The notes under the pieces are model-generated. The model did not search any database, was not told the DNA's origin, and saw nothing but the letters and a program-made list of their open reading frames with translations. A stretch of DNA of 64,000 bases from Strigamia acuminata (taxonomy: Eukaryota). A program made the translations under genes and the position numbers. Positions 14,996-28,254 of this stretch are shown here, piece by piece (positions within the stretch are counted from its first letter, which is position 1; each line of letters starts with the position of its first letter). The stretch is from contig OX442314.1 in the NCBI GenBank assembly GCA_949358305.1, positions 12,648,001 to 12,712,000 on the forward strand. Reading direction: 5' to 3'.

Positions 14996-16057
14996 ATTTA
15001 CAAGACTAATAACCTTTAGAAACTTAAGGTGTGCAACCTGAGACAACATTACACCTAATTACAACTTTCTTTAAGTGTGTGGATATACGATATTAAACTT
15101 GCAAGCATGATATTGCGAATTGTTTCCTTTACCACAAAACTAATTATCATCAAGCACGTGTCGCCTTCTGGTCAGAATGTGGAATGCGCGTCCTTCTGTT
15201 TAATAGCAGCGTTGAATAATGAATCTTTGTTGTTGTTATTGCACATGCATATACTTCATACCCACTACGACACATCTGTCGTCAAGTGCCAACTACAAAA
15301 ATTCATTACACCAAAATCCAACCTAAAACTCCTCATGCACAACTGCAAAAACCTCAAACGCATTGTTGCAAAAATAAAAACAAAAAAAACCTCATTCAAA
15401 TGAATATACATATAAAATAAAAAAGCATTTTTACGACCTAATTTCTGGCGACAAGAAGCAAATCTGTTCGGTGCTCTAATTGGAGTCGTAAACGACCTCG
15501 GGAGCACAATTACGATTTGCCTTGTCGACGCAATTTAAGCACTTCCAATTCGTTTTATTTCGGCTCTTCTAATCCATTTTTAAGCGTCAAATTTCAATTC
15601 GTTGCAGAAATTAGTTAATTTGGAACTTACGTGAGATAAAAATCAAGTTCTTTTGTTTGTATTTCAAATAAGAAATAATTAAATAGACTCTAAAACCCAA
15701 TTATTTATTAATCTAGAAAAAAAGTGTTGTTGATTGTTCTTCTTGTAAGTACTGGCCACCACTTTGATATTGATGGTGAGATCCATTGAAGGGAAGAGTA
15801 AAATCCCAACCCACTCTCGTCCCAGAAGTAGTTTCTTGTCTCTTACCAAAGACCAATCGACCATGTCCTCAACAAAAGAGACAAACCTCTTGTGTATCAG
15901 TCCTTCTGTCGCCACTGACCACTGACCACCCACTGACCCCTGGAGAACAGACGCTAACTGTTCAGGCACCTCCAGTCAATGGAATTCGATAGAGTTATCA
16001 TCAAACTTTCACAGTAAATTCGTTTTATTTTTAATTTAATTATTTCTAGTCAAACAA

Positions 16058-16262
16058 CTAAAATAAATGTCTAGATTGAACAAAACGACTAAAATAAATG
16101 TCTAAATTGAACAAAACGACTAAAATAAAAGTCTAAATTAAACAAAACGACTAAAATAAATGTCTAAATTGAACAAAACGACTAAAATAAATGTCTAAAT
16201 TGAACAAAACGACTAAAATAAATGTTTAAATTAAGCAAAACCACTAAAATAAATGTCTAAAT
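16058..16262. repeat. 31-bp minisatellite
   Basis: CTAAAATAAATGTCTAAATTGAACAAAACGA, about 6.5 copies with period 31. Confidence 0.95.
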
Positions 16263-17310
16263 TAATGAAAATCTCTAAGGAGATCTATATTCTGTCAATA
16301 GAACACCCGCGTTCTGTTAGAGCTTTTATACAGTTCGTTCAGAATAATAATTTCTTTACATCGCCACACCACACACAACTCGCTGACCCTCAAGGCCAAA
16401 GAATGATTCAAACTTTTCAATTCACCATCTGCTGGCACCTACTTTAAAAGACATTGGCTCTGCAGCGCGGCGTTAATGCGTCTCGCTTCCCCTGCATTGT
16501 GCCGTGTTGGACTTGTCATCAATAATTGGTAAGTTTTCCCTCATCCCCTTTTTTATTTTTCTGCTTTCCTCCCTAAAACGGTGCTCATAACACGCGAAAC
16601 TTTCCATTTCTCCCGAGACAATTTACAAGTCAGATTTCAAATTTCGAACCAAAGTATAAGCGTTTCATATTGCCACGAAAAAAAAAAATCCTCTCTCCTC
16701 GCTCCCGAGTCTTTTCCAACACAAACGTCATCTCGTTTCAACCAATCTAAAAATGTGTGGTCTCGGGCGTTTTTTCCTTTTAACGGATCAATTTACAATT
16801 CAAATTGGGCTTTGCTCACATTTCACCATCCATTTTTACGAGGACAGCGGCACTCATAATGTGGTAATGTGGCACAAGGACGCAGCGCATTATCCCGTTA
16901 CTTGCAAGCTAGTTTATATTTATTAAGCGCGCCATTTCAATACGAAACTCTCGAGTATGGGCGCTTGCTGCCATTATGGTCGTGGAGCCATCCGAGACCA
17001 TTTGGATGGATATTTCAAAGGTGTCCGAATAAAGTAGAAAATGTTGTTGGTTAAACACATCGTTTCTAGGAGGGAATATTTCTTTTTATCGCCGATTTAA
17101 TAACAATTTAACTTAAAGTTCTCTCGCAAGTGCTCGGAATAGAAATATCGAGCGGGAATGATGTGTGCAGACTGTATCGAGCTCGAATTTCGCTCGTACT
17201 AACTTAAATGCACCTGGCCATTAGGCACACACGATGCACCTGTCTCTGTATTGACACCGAGACCACAATCAATAGACCGCCCGACCAATTTGCTTCGCAT
17301 TTTCCCATGA

Positions 17311-17441
17311 TCAAATTCAAGTGCTCTAGTTGCATCAGTAATACGCAACACAAAGATAAACTCAGCTGTTCAACATTGGTCCAGTTAATATTAAGCAAAT
17401 TCACTTTTTCTGAGCAGCCTTAGGTAAATAAAATGTAATCA
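17311..17441 (+). repeat. Dispersed repeat, second copy at about 49405-49528
   Basis: TCAAATTCAAGTGCT(C/T)TAGTTGCATCAGTAATACGCAA...GAGCAGCCTT is near-identical at both sites. Confidence 0.8.
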
Positions 17442-18813
17442 CGTGACTAAAATCTTCAAAAAATAAAATACATTTATATTGTCTAAACTCAAATATTTTT
17501 GTGTCCTCATTATTAGTGACCAAATGTGCTTTGAAACCCTACAATCAAATTTTAAATTACATACTGCCTCGAATAATAGCCGTATAATAGCTTAGTACTC
17601 ATAAGCAGTTTCCTACGTAGGAAACCAGTGAGCCCACAGAAATTTTGTCTACAGAAAAAACTGGTACTCACAAATTTCATTCCAGTCTTGGAATGTTGGT
17701 GAGATATGTTTGGTGACATAAAAAATTAACTTTAGGGTTGATCTTCGTTTCTTGACAGTTTGTGACCGGTCGTAATTTTTTTTAACCGGTCTCAAATATT
17801 GCAGCAATCAGTTCTGCCAACAAATACAAACAACTGTATATTCTATTTATAAAAATAGATTATTAGTTTATAAATAAAATTACAAATTAAAAACAAACTA
17901 GCAAACTTATTCATCCTAACTCCAAAAGTAGGCTTAAAAATTTTTATTGGCATCCATCTTGTTTCTTTTTCATGGCCATTCACCATTTCTTTTCTGTTGC
18001 ATAGAGCTGTGCATACCACAAAAAGTCTGGTGTGACAGACTGGCACAAGACACATGTTCTGCTACCAGATGATTCTGGTAGGCTTTTCTATGTTTAATAT
18101 TCAACAAGTAGTTTAAGTTGTCGACAGAGTGCGCTAGCAATGCCGTAAATTATCAATTGCAAAATTAAAACCATGTCAAGTTAAATAAAAGCCTTTAAAA
18201 ATAAATAAAAAATAAAACAGATTTATAATGTTTATTAAATTACTTTTTCTTATGTATTTTTCTAGAAAAAATTGCTAAAAACGAAAAATTTACTAAAATT
18301 TGTTTTTGTAAAAAAAATTAAATGACAATAGATGCATTTAATTCTGAAATCCGTCTGAAGTGACTTTTGTTAACAGGATGTGACGCAAAATAATAGGATA
18401 TGATAGAATTTAAATTCCCTTTTTGTTCTAAAAGGTCCAAATCAGAATCTTGAAGCGCCAACCAGGTTCATTTTATTTTTATGTACTCATATGTATTTTT
18501 ATTTCAATCATTACAAATAAAAGAAATTTTTAATGATGTAGACAAATTTAAATATCGCATTAAAACCAGTTTTTATGCAGGCTGACATGACAGTCATATG
18601 GCTGGAACAAAGGGCAAATTATAGAAGCAGCAATATTTTACAATTAATAAATAAGTGGATAGATTTGTATGTTATATACTTTATATATACTTTAACAAAC
18701 ATGTTTAAACACCTCAGAATCAGAAAAATGGAAAATTTCGACGTATTAATGAGAGAATTGAAAATAAATGCTTGCCATTGAGCACATTGGATTTGCTTAT
18801 TTGATCATTTACC

Positions 18814-20124
18814 CTACATCATGTTTTCTTCAAGAACAAGATGAAAACGAAGATCCAATTTGTGACCTTGAACATAATTTGTAATCATATCACAAGCTGG
18901 TTTGTCCATACTTTGGCAATTAGAAATGAACAAATTATTTAGTGGATTCTTCATTGATACCAATTTTAAAACTGTTGCTGAACTTATCGAGTGACAAAAA
19001 CTTATGTGTAAAATCTTCAGATTTTGCAGTAAATTGAATTCGATGAGTTTTGTGATCAATTTATCGGAAAAAGATTGACAACCGCAAATGTGTAGGCTCT
19101 CAAAATTAACGGAATTTACAAATAACATTTGCAAATGTTGTTCGGATATTGTGTTTTGTTGTTCAGCCGGTTTTTCAGTGATGTCTAGTTCACGTAGATT
19201 TCCGAATGGAACCTGATTGGATACGGTTTTAAAATTGCAAGAATAAGTTGTTTTAACACAGATTGAACAATGGCTCAAAAATAAACTTTTTAACATTGGA
19301 CAGAAAAAGCCGATTTGCTGAATATTGACTGGACCAATCATATACAGTTCTAAGCTAGTTAGTCTTCCCATTGTTTTGGATAGTATTGATGCAACTATAA
19401 CATTAAAACAGTTCGTTACTGTAAATGTACGTGAAAAAAATCCAATTTTACGTAAATTTGGAAACATTTGTGTTACAGTGCGTAGATCGTCATCTGTCCA
19501 TTGACTCAGACTTACAATTTCGAGGGAATATGGGTTTAGCATTTTGTTGGATTTAAAATTTTGTTTTAGGAGTGGAAATAATGTAAAATCACAATCTAAT
19601 TTTTTTAGAAAATGCAGACTTTTTACGAGTTCAAAACATCCATTAGCTGTAACTTTGGTAGATCGAACGTCTAAGTATTCGATTTTGGCGTTTTTCATAC
19701 TCACAATCATCTTGGCTAAAATCAAATCTGAGATCTCACGGTTTCCGTACAAGTGAAGACGTTGTAGGTTAGGCAAATGTTTCACCAATCGTATTACGCA
19801 GTCAGATGAAATTTCAAAGTATGATAAATCTAGTTCTGTCAGGTTTTTACACACTTCGATAATTTTACCTACAACTTCGTCTATACGCAGATAGGAAAAC
19901 CGGTCCAAATCACCCAATGATGTTGTGCCAGGACGAATAAATTCATCCGCATGCAAACGATGTTGCAATTCCGTTTTATTTTTCCGAACATAACGAACAA
20001 CGCGTGGATATATCTTATTAACCAATGCGGGTGGAAAATTAATAAGGCGTATTTTGTCATAATGTTCGGCGATTGTGTTCAAACACAATTCTTCCAAACT
20101 CGATGCTGATTTTCTACGGGGTAT
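18814..20124 (-). pseudogene. Full-length BC-box LRR paralog with start codon ATG changed to ATA
   Basis: Reads ATA CCC CGT AGA AAA TCA GCA TCG AGT TTG GAA, versus ATG CCC CGC AGA AAA in the 23333 copy. The 437-codon frame is otherwise open. Confidence 0.8.
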
Positions 20125-20563
20125 TTTAGATGGTCAACCTTCAACGGAATGATTACTGATCCGTGAAGCATCGCTTAAATAGAACTTGTAAACGTACCAT
20201 TGACGTTCAGTCACAATTGATATCGTTCACCAAACGGTTACTACACACACCGAAACTAATTTAAATTTTATTTTGACCTTTTACTTTCAGATTATTTAAA
20301 GATACAGAATGAAGCAAAAAATAATTTAGGCTGGGAATAAAAGTAATTTATTAAAATTGACAGTATTCTATAACTAATTAAGTCAATAATAAAATCTACA
20401 ATCACAAAAGGAAAGTTAAGGAACCAGTAATCAATTAACTTAAACTAATGATTTTTATTTAAAAACAAAACAAAACAACGGGAACTATAAATCTAGACTA
20501 GATTATGATTGAACACTATTCGGTCAACCCAAGAACAGTTGATTAGGCTTGGGTGACTTAAAG

Positions 20564-23333
20564 TTATGGAAATGTTTCGGAATGATAAAGCTCAAGATGC
20601 AAATTCTCACTTTGAATGTAATTTTCAATTGTAACCCTAGCTGCATCGTCGATAATTGGACAACTAGCAATGTACACAACATCTAATGGATTTTTCATTG
20701 CTAGCAATTTGAAAACTGCTGCGGAACTAATCGAAAAACACATCATAATATTAATCTTTCTGAGAGTTTGCAGTAAATTTAAGTTGATGAGCTCAATGAT
20801 CAAGCTATCCGAAAAAGATTCACAACCTAAAAGAGACAGGCTTTGTAAATTAATGGAATTTAGCAATAACATGCGCAAATCTTGTTCGCCTATCAGTGTA
20901 AGCTCCGTCAATGTAAATGAGTCATACGGTACTTGATGAATTTCCAGTTCACGTAGTCTTTTGAATGGCAGCCGATTGGACGCAGTTTTTGAATTATGCG
21001 ATGTTTCAACGCTGATTGAACAATAGCTCAATTGTAAACTCTCCAACGCTGGGCACAAAATGCCAATTTGCTCAATATTGACTAGACCAATCCTAAACAG
21101 TTTTAAGCTGGTTAGTCTTCCCATTGTTTTGCATAGTAATGGTGCAACTTTATCATTAAAACAGTTCCAGTATTCAACTTCCCGTAGCGGATCAAAGACA
21201 ATCTTACGTAAATTCGGAAACATTTGTGCGACGATGGTGGGATCGTCAACTGTCCATTCTCGCAGCGTTACATTTTCGAGAGAGTATGTGTGACACATTT
21301 CGTTGCGATTAAAGTTTTGTTTCATGAGTCTCAATAAGTCTCTCCTCATGTCGCGATCAGAATCTAATTTCTTTAGAAGCGGTAGATTTTCTACAAGTTG
21401 TAAACATCCATTAACCGTAACATTCGTTTCGCGAATGTTTAAATATTCAAGTTTCAGGTTGCTCGCAACGATCTCGCCTAAAACCAAATCTGTGATCCCA
21501 CGGTTTTCTTCTAAGTTAAGACGTCGCAGGTTAGGCAGATGTTTCGCCAATGTGATTACACATTTCGATGGAACTTGCATGCATGACAAATTTAGGTCTA
21601 TCAGGTTTTTACAAACGCGGATTATTTTATCTACAAGTTCGTGCGTAGGTTCTTCAAAAATGTTTAGTTCACGTAGATTTCTGAATGGAACTTGATTGGA
21701 TACGCTTTTGAAATTGTAAGAATAAGTTGTTTTAACACAGATCAAACAACGGCTCAAAAATAAATTTTTTAACATTGGACAGAAAAAGCCGATTTGCTGA
21801 ATATTGACTGGACCAATCTTAAACAGTAGGCGCATTCGAAAAGTCATTAAAACGAGTGTAAACGTGTTTACACTCGTTTTCACACGACATTTACACGAAT
21901 TAATTCGTGTAAATGTCGTGTAAACTGGTTAAACGGAAACGGCCTGTACGCCACGTTTCCGTTTAAAATCTCCGTGCAACGAGTTTTCTCGTTGAAATCG
22001 GGTCTTGCTGGCAGCCATCTTGGATTTTCGTTAGATCGGTTGGAACGATGTCAATCGCAAGAACAATTTTTTAGCAGGTATTAGCCGCATTCTTGCGATC
22101 GAATGCGACCGATGTTCGATCGCATTTGTACGATCGAATACGGCCGACGTTCGACCGACGTTCGGCCGCATTTGTACAATCGAATGCGGCCGACGTTCGG
22201 CCGACGTTCGGCCGCGTTTGTGCGATCTAATGCGGCCGGTGTTCGGCCGCATTTGTGCGATTGAGGCGGCTGTTCAGCCGATTCCCGTTCGGAAATAAAT
22301 ATTAATAATACAAATAATTAAAATAAATTTACATTTTATAATCATGTTTTTATAATCTCCTGTTTTTTTTTAGAGTAAAAAACAACAATAATGACTATGG
22401 TTATTATTTGGACTAATTTAATATTTACACTTGAATTTACACTACTGAATTTTACACAGAAATTTATTTTGAAACTCGAAAATTGGGTCGTTTAACTTGA
22501 AATTTACACTACCAGTTGCACTGGTCGTTTAGTGCAAATTACTTTTCGAATGCGCCTAGTGTTAAGCTAGTCAGTCTCCCCATTGTTTTGGATAGTATTG
22601 ATGCAACAATGTCATTAAAGCAGTTTGTGAATGTAGGTGGCCAAAATCCAATCGTACATAAATTTGGAAACATTTGTGTGACGATGCTGAGATCGTCATC
22701 TGTCCACTCACGCAGAATTATACTTTCGAGGGAATATGGGTTTAGCATTTTGTTGGATTTAAAATCTTGTTTTAGGAGTGGGAATAATTCGAAACCACAA
22801 TCTAATTGTTTTAGATAAGGCAGACTTTTTACGAGTTCTAAACATCCATTAGCTGTAACTTTGGTAAATCGAACGTCTAAGTATTCAATTTTCGCGTTTT
22901 TCATACTCACAATCAACTTGGCTAAAATCAAATCTGAGATCTCATCGTTTTTGATCAAGCGAAGACGTTTTAGGTTGGGCAAATGTTTCACTAATCGTAT
23001 TATGCAGTCAGATGAAACTCTACTGTGTGTTAAATCTAGTTCTGCCAGGTTTTTACACACTGCGATAATTTTATCTACAACTTCGTGTGTGTGCAGATCG
23101 GAAAACCGGTCCAAAAGACACAATGATCTCGTGCTAGGACAAATAAAATCACCCGCAAGCCAACGATGATGGAATCCTACTCTTAGATAGTACAAACCAT
23201 CACCAACTACGCGTCGATATATCTTATCAACCAATGCGGGTGGAAAATTAATAAGGCATAATTTGTCGTAATGTGCGGCGATTGTGTTCAAACAAAATAA
23301 TTCCAAACTCCATGCTGATTTTCTGCGGGGCAT
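20564..23333 (-). pseudogene. Chimeric extended BC-box LRR gene interrupted by a MITE
   Basis: ORFs 22539..23333 and 20564..21883 rejoin in frame (LTSLTL|FKIGP) when the 21828-22557 insert and one AGT are removed, giving 679 codons including the stop. Confidence 0.85.
21828..22557. mobile_element. Non-autonomous TIR element (PIF/Harbinger-like)
   Basis: 17-bp perfect terminal inverted repeats AGGCGCATTCGAAAAGT/ACTTTTCGAATGCGCCT, 3-bp target duplication AGT, internal CGGCCGACGTT-type repeats. Confidence 0.85.
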
Positions 23334-23687
23334 ATTAGATGGTCAACCTTCAACGGAATGATTACTGATCCGTGAAGTATCGCTTAAATGGAACTTGTAA
23401 ATGTACCATTGACGTTCAGTGACAATTGATATCGTTCACCAAACGGTTACTGCATATACCGTAACTAATTTAAATTTTATTTTGACCTTTTACTTTCAAA
23501 TTAGTTAAAGATAAAGAATGAAGTCAAAATAACTTTTCGTTAAAAATAAAAGTGATTTATTAAAATTTACATTACTGAATTTTACGTATTCTTTAACTGT
23601 TAAAGTGTCATTGAATGCTATTAAGTAATAAAGAAAACTACAATTACAAAAGGAAAGTTAAGGAACCAGAAATCAATTAACTTAAAC

Positions 23688-23937
23688 CAGGGGTCGGCAA
23701 CCTTTTGAGACGGAAGAGCCAAAAGTTACAATTTACAAAATTTCCCAGTTTTTAAAAAGCCACTAACATTTTTGTTTCAATATTATGGTATTTGATTAGG
23801 ATTAGGTATATAAATTTAATTTTTTTTGCAGTATAATATTTGTTATGAGTTTTGAAAATAAAATAATATAATTATAAATATTTGCGCATGAAACTGGAAA
23901 GCCGCATTTTGACATCGAAAGAGGTTGCCGACCCCTG
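23688..23937. mobile_element. hAT-type MITE
   Basis: Inverted ends CAGGGGTCGGCAACC/GGTTGCCGACCCCTG with 8-bp target duplication ACTTAAAC. The paralogous empty site is visible at about 20438. Confidence 0.92.
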
Positions 23938-24053
23938 ACTTAAACTAATGATTTTTATTTAAATACATAACAAAACAAAACAACGAGAACTATAAATCTA
24001 GACTAGATCAAAGATCACCCATCCAAACTACGGTTTGATTGAACACTATTCGG

Positions 24054-25370
24054 TCACTCCAAGAACAGATCAAGATCCAAATTCTCACTTTGAATGTAAT
24101 TTTCAATTGTGTCCCAACCCGCATCGTCGATACTCGGACAATTAGAAATTAATAAATCATTTAGTGGATTTTTCATTGCTAGCAATTTTAAAACTATTGC
24201 AGAACTAAGCGAAAAACACCACAAAATATTAAGATTTCTGAGATTTTGCAATAAATTCAATTTGATGAGGTCAGTGACAACGCTCTCCGAAAAAGATTCA
24301 CAACCTAAAAGAGTCAGCTTTTGTAAATTAATCGAATTTAGCAATAACATGCGCAAATCTTGTTCGTCTATCAATGTAAGCTCCATCAATGTAACTGGGA
24401 CGTACGGTCTTTGATGAATTTCCAGTTCACGTAGTCTTCGGAATGGCAGCCGATTGGACGCAGTTTTAGAATTATGCGATGTTTTAACGCTGATAGAACA
24501 ATAGCTCAATTGTAATCTCTCCAACACTGGGCAGAAAATGTCAATTTGCTCAATATTGACTGGACCAATCCTCAACAGTTCTAAGCTGGTTAGTCTTCCC
24601 ATTGTTTTGCACAGTAAGGGTGCAACTATATCATTAAAACAGTTCCAGGGTTCAACTTCCCGTATCGGATCAAAGACAATCTTACGTAAATTCGGAAACA
24701 TTTGTGCGACGATGCTGGGATCGTCAATTGTCCATTCTCGCAGCGTTACATTTTCGAGAGAGTATGTGCGACACATTTCGTTGCGAATAAAGTTTTGTTT
24801 TATGAGTTTGAATAAGTCTCTCCACATGTCGTGACTCCACATGAGATCAACTTCTAATTTCTTTAGAAGCGGTAGATTTTCTACAAGTTGTAAACATCCA
24901 TTAACCGTAACATTCGTTTCGCGAATATTTAAATATTCAAGTTTCAGGTTGCTCGCAACGATCTCGGCTAAAACTAAATCTGTGATCCCACTGTTTTCTT
25001 CCAAGTTAAGACGTCGAAGGTTGGGCAGATGTTTCGCCAATATGATTACACATTCCGATGGAACTGGAAAGCATGACAAATCTAGGTCTGTCAGGTTCTT
25101 ACAAACGCGGATTATTTTATCTACAACTTCGTTTTTGGACACATAGGAAAACCAGTACGTAAGGTCTAAAGATCTTGTGCCAAGACGAATAAAATCATCC
25201 GGATCCGGATGAAAACGATCACAAAAATCGGAATCAACAGAGTGTAGATATATATTATTAATCAGTGTGTCAGGAAAACGGATAAGTTGATGGCGTATGT
25301 TGTCGTAATGTGTTTCGATTGTGTTCAAACACAATTCTTCCAAGCTGAACGCGGATTTCTTAAACGGCAT
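24054..25370 (-). CDS. BC-box/Cul2-box-like LRR protein, 438 aa, intronless
   Basis: Intact ORF with SLEELCLNTI...FPDTLINNI, LxxLxL repeats and the family C-terminus YIQSENLDLDL. Confidence 0.9.
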   Translation of the reverse strand: MPFKKSAFSLEELCLNTIETHYDNIRHQLIRFPDTLINNIYLHSVDSDFCDRFHPDPDDFIRLGTRSLDLTYWFSYVSKNEVVDKIIRVCKNLTDLDLSCFPVPSECVIILAKHLPNLRRLNLEENSGITDLVLAEIVASNLKLEYLNIRETNVTVNGCLQLVENLPLLKKLEVDLMWSHDMWRDLFKLIKQNFIRNEMCRTYSLENVTLREWTIDDPSIVAQMFPNLRKIVFDPIREVEPWNCFNDIVAPLLCKTMGRLTSLELLRIGPVNIEQIDIFCPVLERLQLSYCSISVKTSHNSKTASNRLPFRRLRELEIHQRPYVPVTLMELTLIDEQDLRMLLLNSINLQKLTLLGCESFSESVVTDLIKLNLLQNLRNLNILWCFSLSSAIVLKLLAMKNPLNDLLISNCPSIDDAGWDTIENYIQSENLDLDLFLE

Positions 25371-25774
25371 GTCTCGACCCTAGATACAAGATGATTACAG
25401 ATAAGTGAAGTGAACCATCGGTTAAATTAAACCTTATAAACGAACTAGTGACGTCTGTAACAATTGATAATCACCACCAAACAGTTTCTACCCCTAACTA
25501 ATCTGAGTCCTCTCCATAGTCCGCACTAACCTCCGTGTTTACGATCGAAATTCTCACTTTGAACATATAGTGTATACTTTTAAAACTTCCAAAAACCCAC
25601 ACCCTTTGACGATTTGCTATTTATGTATCGAAATGTTAAGCATATTTTCGAGAGCATGACAACGGATTAATCGTAAAATAAATAGAAGAAATTTTTTTCT
25701 TTTTAATTCCAATTTTATTTTATTCGTAATTAGGGTAATAAACATTCGGTGACTTGATCATGTATCCTAAATCA

Positions 25775-25876
25775 TGTGTTCAAGAACAAGTTGAACACGC
25801 AAATTAACTTGCGCATAATTTGTAATCACATCACAAGCTGGTTTGTCCAAACTTTGCCAGTTACAAATGTCCAAAT
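25775..25876 (-). pseudogene. LRR-family C-terminal fragment (further scraps at about 26230-26370)
   Basis: Nucleotide similarity to the CQxxDKPACDVITNY region of the paralogs. Confidence 0.7.
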
Positions 25877-26094
25877 GCCAACAGTCCTGATTTGAAACCG
25901 ATTGAAAATTTGTGGCATGTATACCGAAGAAACTTGTTGATCAAAAGAGACCGACATCAAAAGAAGAACTTAAACATGCAATCGTGTCCAGCTGGGCCAA
26001 TATTGATAAAGAAATGTGTAAGAATCTTGTCGAATCAATGCCAAAGCGCATTACAGCTGTGATTAAGGCAAAGGAAAGCCCAACACAATATTAG
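25877..26094 (+). mobile_element. Tc1 transposase C-terminal fragment
   Basis: ANSPDLKPIENLW, then a frameshift, then ELKHAIVSSWANI...LVESMPKRITAVIKAKESPTQY*. Confidence 0.85.
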
Positions 26095-26700
26095 AAGCAG
26101 TTATTGTTATGTTTTAGGTCAGGGGTTCCCAAACTTTTTAGCATCGCGCCTCACTTTTTAAGCAAGGAGATCTTCTGCGCCCCCACTTCATCTACCAGTG
26201 CATTAAATTCAAAAATGAATAGTGTATGCAGATTTCTAAATGGAACCTGATTGGATACTGTTTTTAAATTGTACCGTAAGAATAAGTTGTTTTAACACAG
26301 ATTCAATAATAACAGTTGGACAGAAAAAGCCGGTCCAAACAACGCAATGATCTCGTGTCAGGACGAAGTGAATAAGCTCAGCCAATGGAAAATAGGCCCA
26401 ACTTTTAGTGAGCCAGAGTATAGTATAAAAAATGCTCGTAATAAAACATCCACTAAATAATTTATACATTTCTTGTAGTCAAAATAACGACTAAAATCTA
26501 AATACTGCTCCAAAGTCAGAATTTCAATCTTAAAGCTAAATTGTGGATTTAAAATATAAAAGTAAAACTAAATAATTTATTCCGATCATAAGCTAAACGT
26601 TAAAAACTGTAACGTTTGATTAACGTTATCAAACAGTATATTATTTAAGCGATGGTTCAAAGCTAACCATTCCACCGAATACTGACCATCTCGTCTCGTC

Positions 26701-28002
26701 ATGCCTCACAAGAAATCAGTCTTAAGTTTAGAAAAAGCGTGCTTGAAAACAATCGCTGCACATTACAACGAAATAAGCCACGATCTTATTAATTTTCCAG
26801 TCGTATTGGTTAATAATATCTATCAACACATTGTAGATGAAAGCGATAATCATTACCATTGCTTGCATTCGGATGACTTTATTCGTCCTGGCACGAGATC
26901 TTTACGCTGCTTGAACCGGTTTTGCGATCTATCGACGGACGAACTTGTGGATAAAATAATCCAAGTTTGTAAAAATCTAGTAGAACTAGACTTGTCACAC
27001 GAGGAGGTAAAATCGGAAAGCGTACTAACATTGGCGAAATATTTACCAAGCATCCGACGTCTCGACCTCGAAGGAAACACCGACATCACAGATTTCATTT
27101 TAGCCCAGATGATTACGAGGAGCGTAAAAATGGAATATTTAAACATTTGTTATACCGGAGCTACAGTAAATGGGTGTTTACAACTCGTAAAAGATCTGCC
27201 TCGTCTCAAAGAATTAGATTGTGATCCCTGGAAGTGGAAGGACTTATTTACACTCCTAAAAGAAAACTTTACACGCAACGAAATGCGCCACTCGTATTCC
27301 CTCGAAAGTATTAGACTGCGTAATTGGGCAGAAAAGGATCTCAGCATTGTTACGCAAATGTTTCCGAATTTGCGTAAGATTGTCTTGGTGGCAACTTCAC
27401 CGAAGAACTGTTTTAATGCTATAGTTGCATCGATACTAAGCAAAACAGAGGAACGACTAACTAATATAACTCTCAGCAAGATTATTGCAGTCAATATTCA
27501 GCAAATTAGCACGTTCTGTCCAATGTTAAAAAGTTTAGAATTGAGCTTTTGTTCAATCTGTGTTGAAACAACTTACGCAGACATTAATCAATTCAGAAAT
27601 TTACGTTCGCTGACAATTATGGAAAAACCGATTTTGCAACTAAACGTGATGGCCGAACAAGATTTGCGCGTGTTATTGAAAAATTCCGTCAATTTAAAGA
27701 GCCTAAGTGTTTGGAATTGTCAAGCTTTTTCTGACACCTTCATCACAGAACTCATCAAATTGAATTTACTGCAAAATCTGACAGATTTAAGCATTCTCTC
27801 GTGTCACTCGATTAGTTCTTCAACAATTTTAAAATTACTAGCAATGAAAAATCCATTAAATGATCTGGAAATCCATGAGTGCCAAAACATCGACAAATCT
27901 GATTGTGATATAATTAAAAATTATGTTCACAGTCAGAATTTGGATTTGGATCTTGTTCTTCATCTTGGAGAAGACGAGGACCTTGAAGAAGACGCTGATT
28001 AA
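26701..28002 (+). CDS. BC-box/Cul2-box-like LRR protein, 433 aa, intronless
   Basis: Intact ORF with SLEKACLKTI...FPVVLVNNI, LRRs and an acidic end. Confidence 0.9.
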   Translation: MPHKKSVLSLEKACLKTIAAHYNEISHDLINFPVVLVNNIYQHIVDESDNHYHCLHSDDFIRPGTRSLRCLNRFCDLSTDELVDKIIQVCKNLVELDLSHEEVKSESVLTLAKYLPSIRRLDLEGNTDITDFILAQMITRSVKMEYLNICYTGATVNGCLQLVKDLPRLKELDCDPWKWKDLFTLLKENFTRNEMRHSYSLESIRLRNWAEKDLSIVTQMFPNLRKIVLVATSPKNCFNAIVASILSKTEERLTNITLSKIIAVNIQQISTFCPMLKSLELSFCSICVETTYADINQFRNLRSLTIMEKPILQLNVMAEQDLRVLLKNSVNLKSLSVWNCQAFSDTFITELIKLNLLQNLTDLSILSCHSISSSTILKLLAMKNPLNDLEIHECQNIDKSDCDIIKNYVHSQNLDLDLVLHLGEDEDLEEDAD

Positions 28003-28254
28003 AGAATCCACATAAATTCTACGCAAACAACTACTTTATATCACTAATTCAGCGAACTACCTACATTCTGATATTTAGTTCTGTGACAATGGAAAGAATA
28101 AATATACAGTAATTTAATGGTGTCTTTTGGGATTGCTAGCAATATAAAATTCACTAAATGGTTTGTACATTTCTAAGTGCCTAAACATCGACAATTAATT
28201 TCCATAAAACCAAGCCAAACCAAAAATTGGCGTGAAGACGTCTTCAAAAGACCA

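Noticed and set aside
10994..16262. Repeat arrays as CRISPR arrays, or their ORFs (FKISINIASL, SKNGIF) as genes
   Set aside because: The units are contiguous with no unique spacers, no cas genes are present, the context is eukaryotic, and the ORFs are by-products of unit lengths divisible by 3.
302..17423. Many short Phe/Lys-rich ORFs outside the LRR copy at 4990-6315
   Set aside because: They come from poly-A/T tracts, often start at non-ATG codons and show no recognisable domains. They are treated as intronic noncoding DNA.
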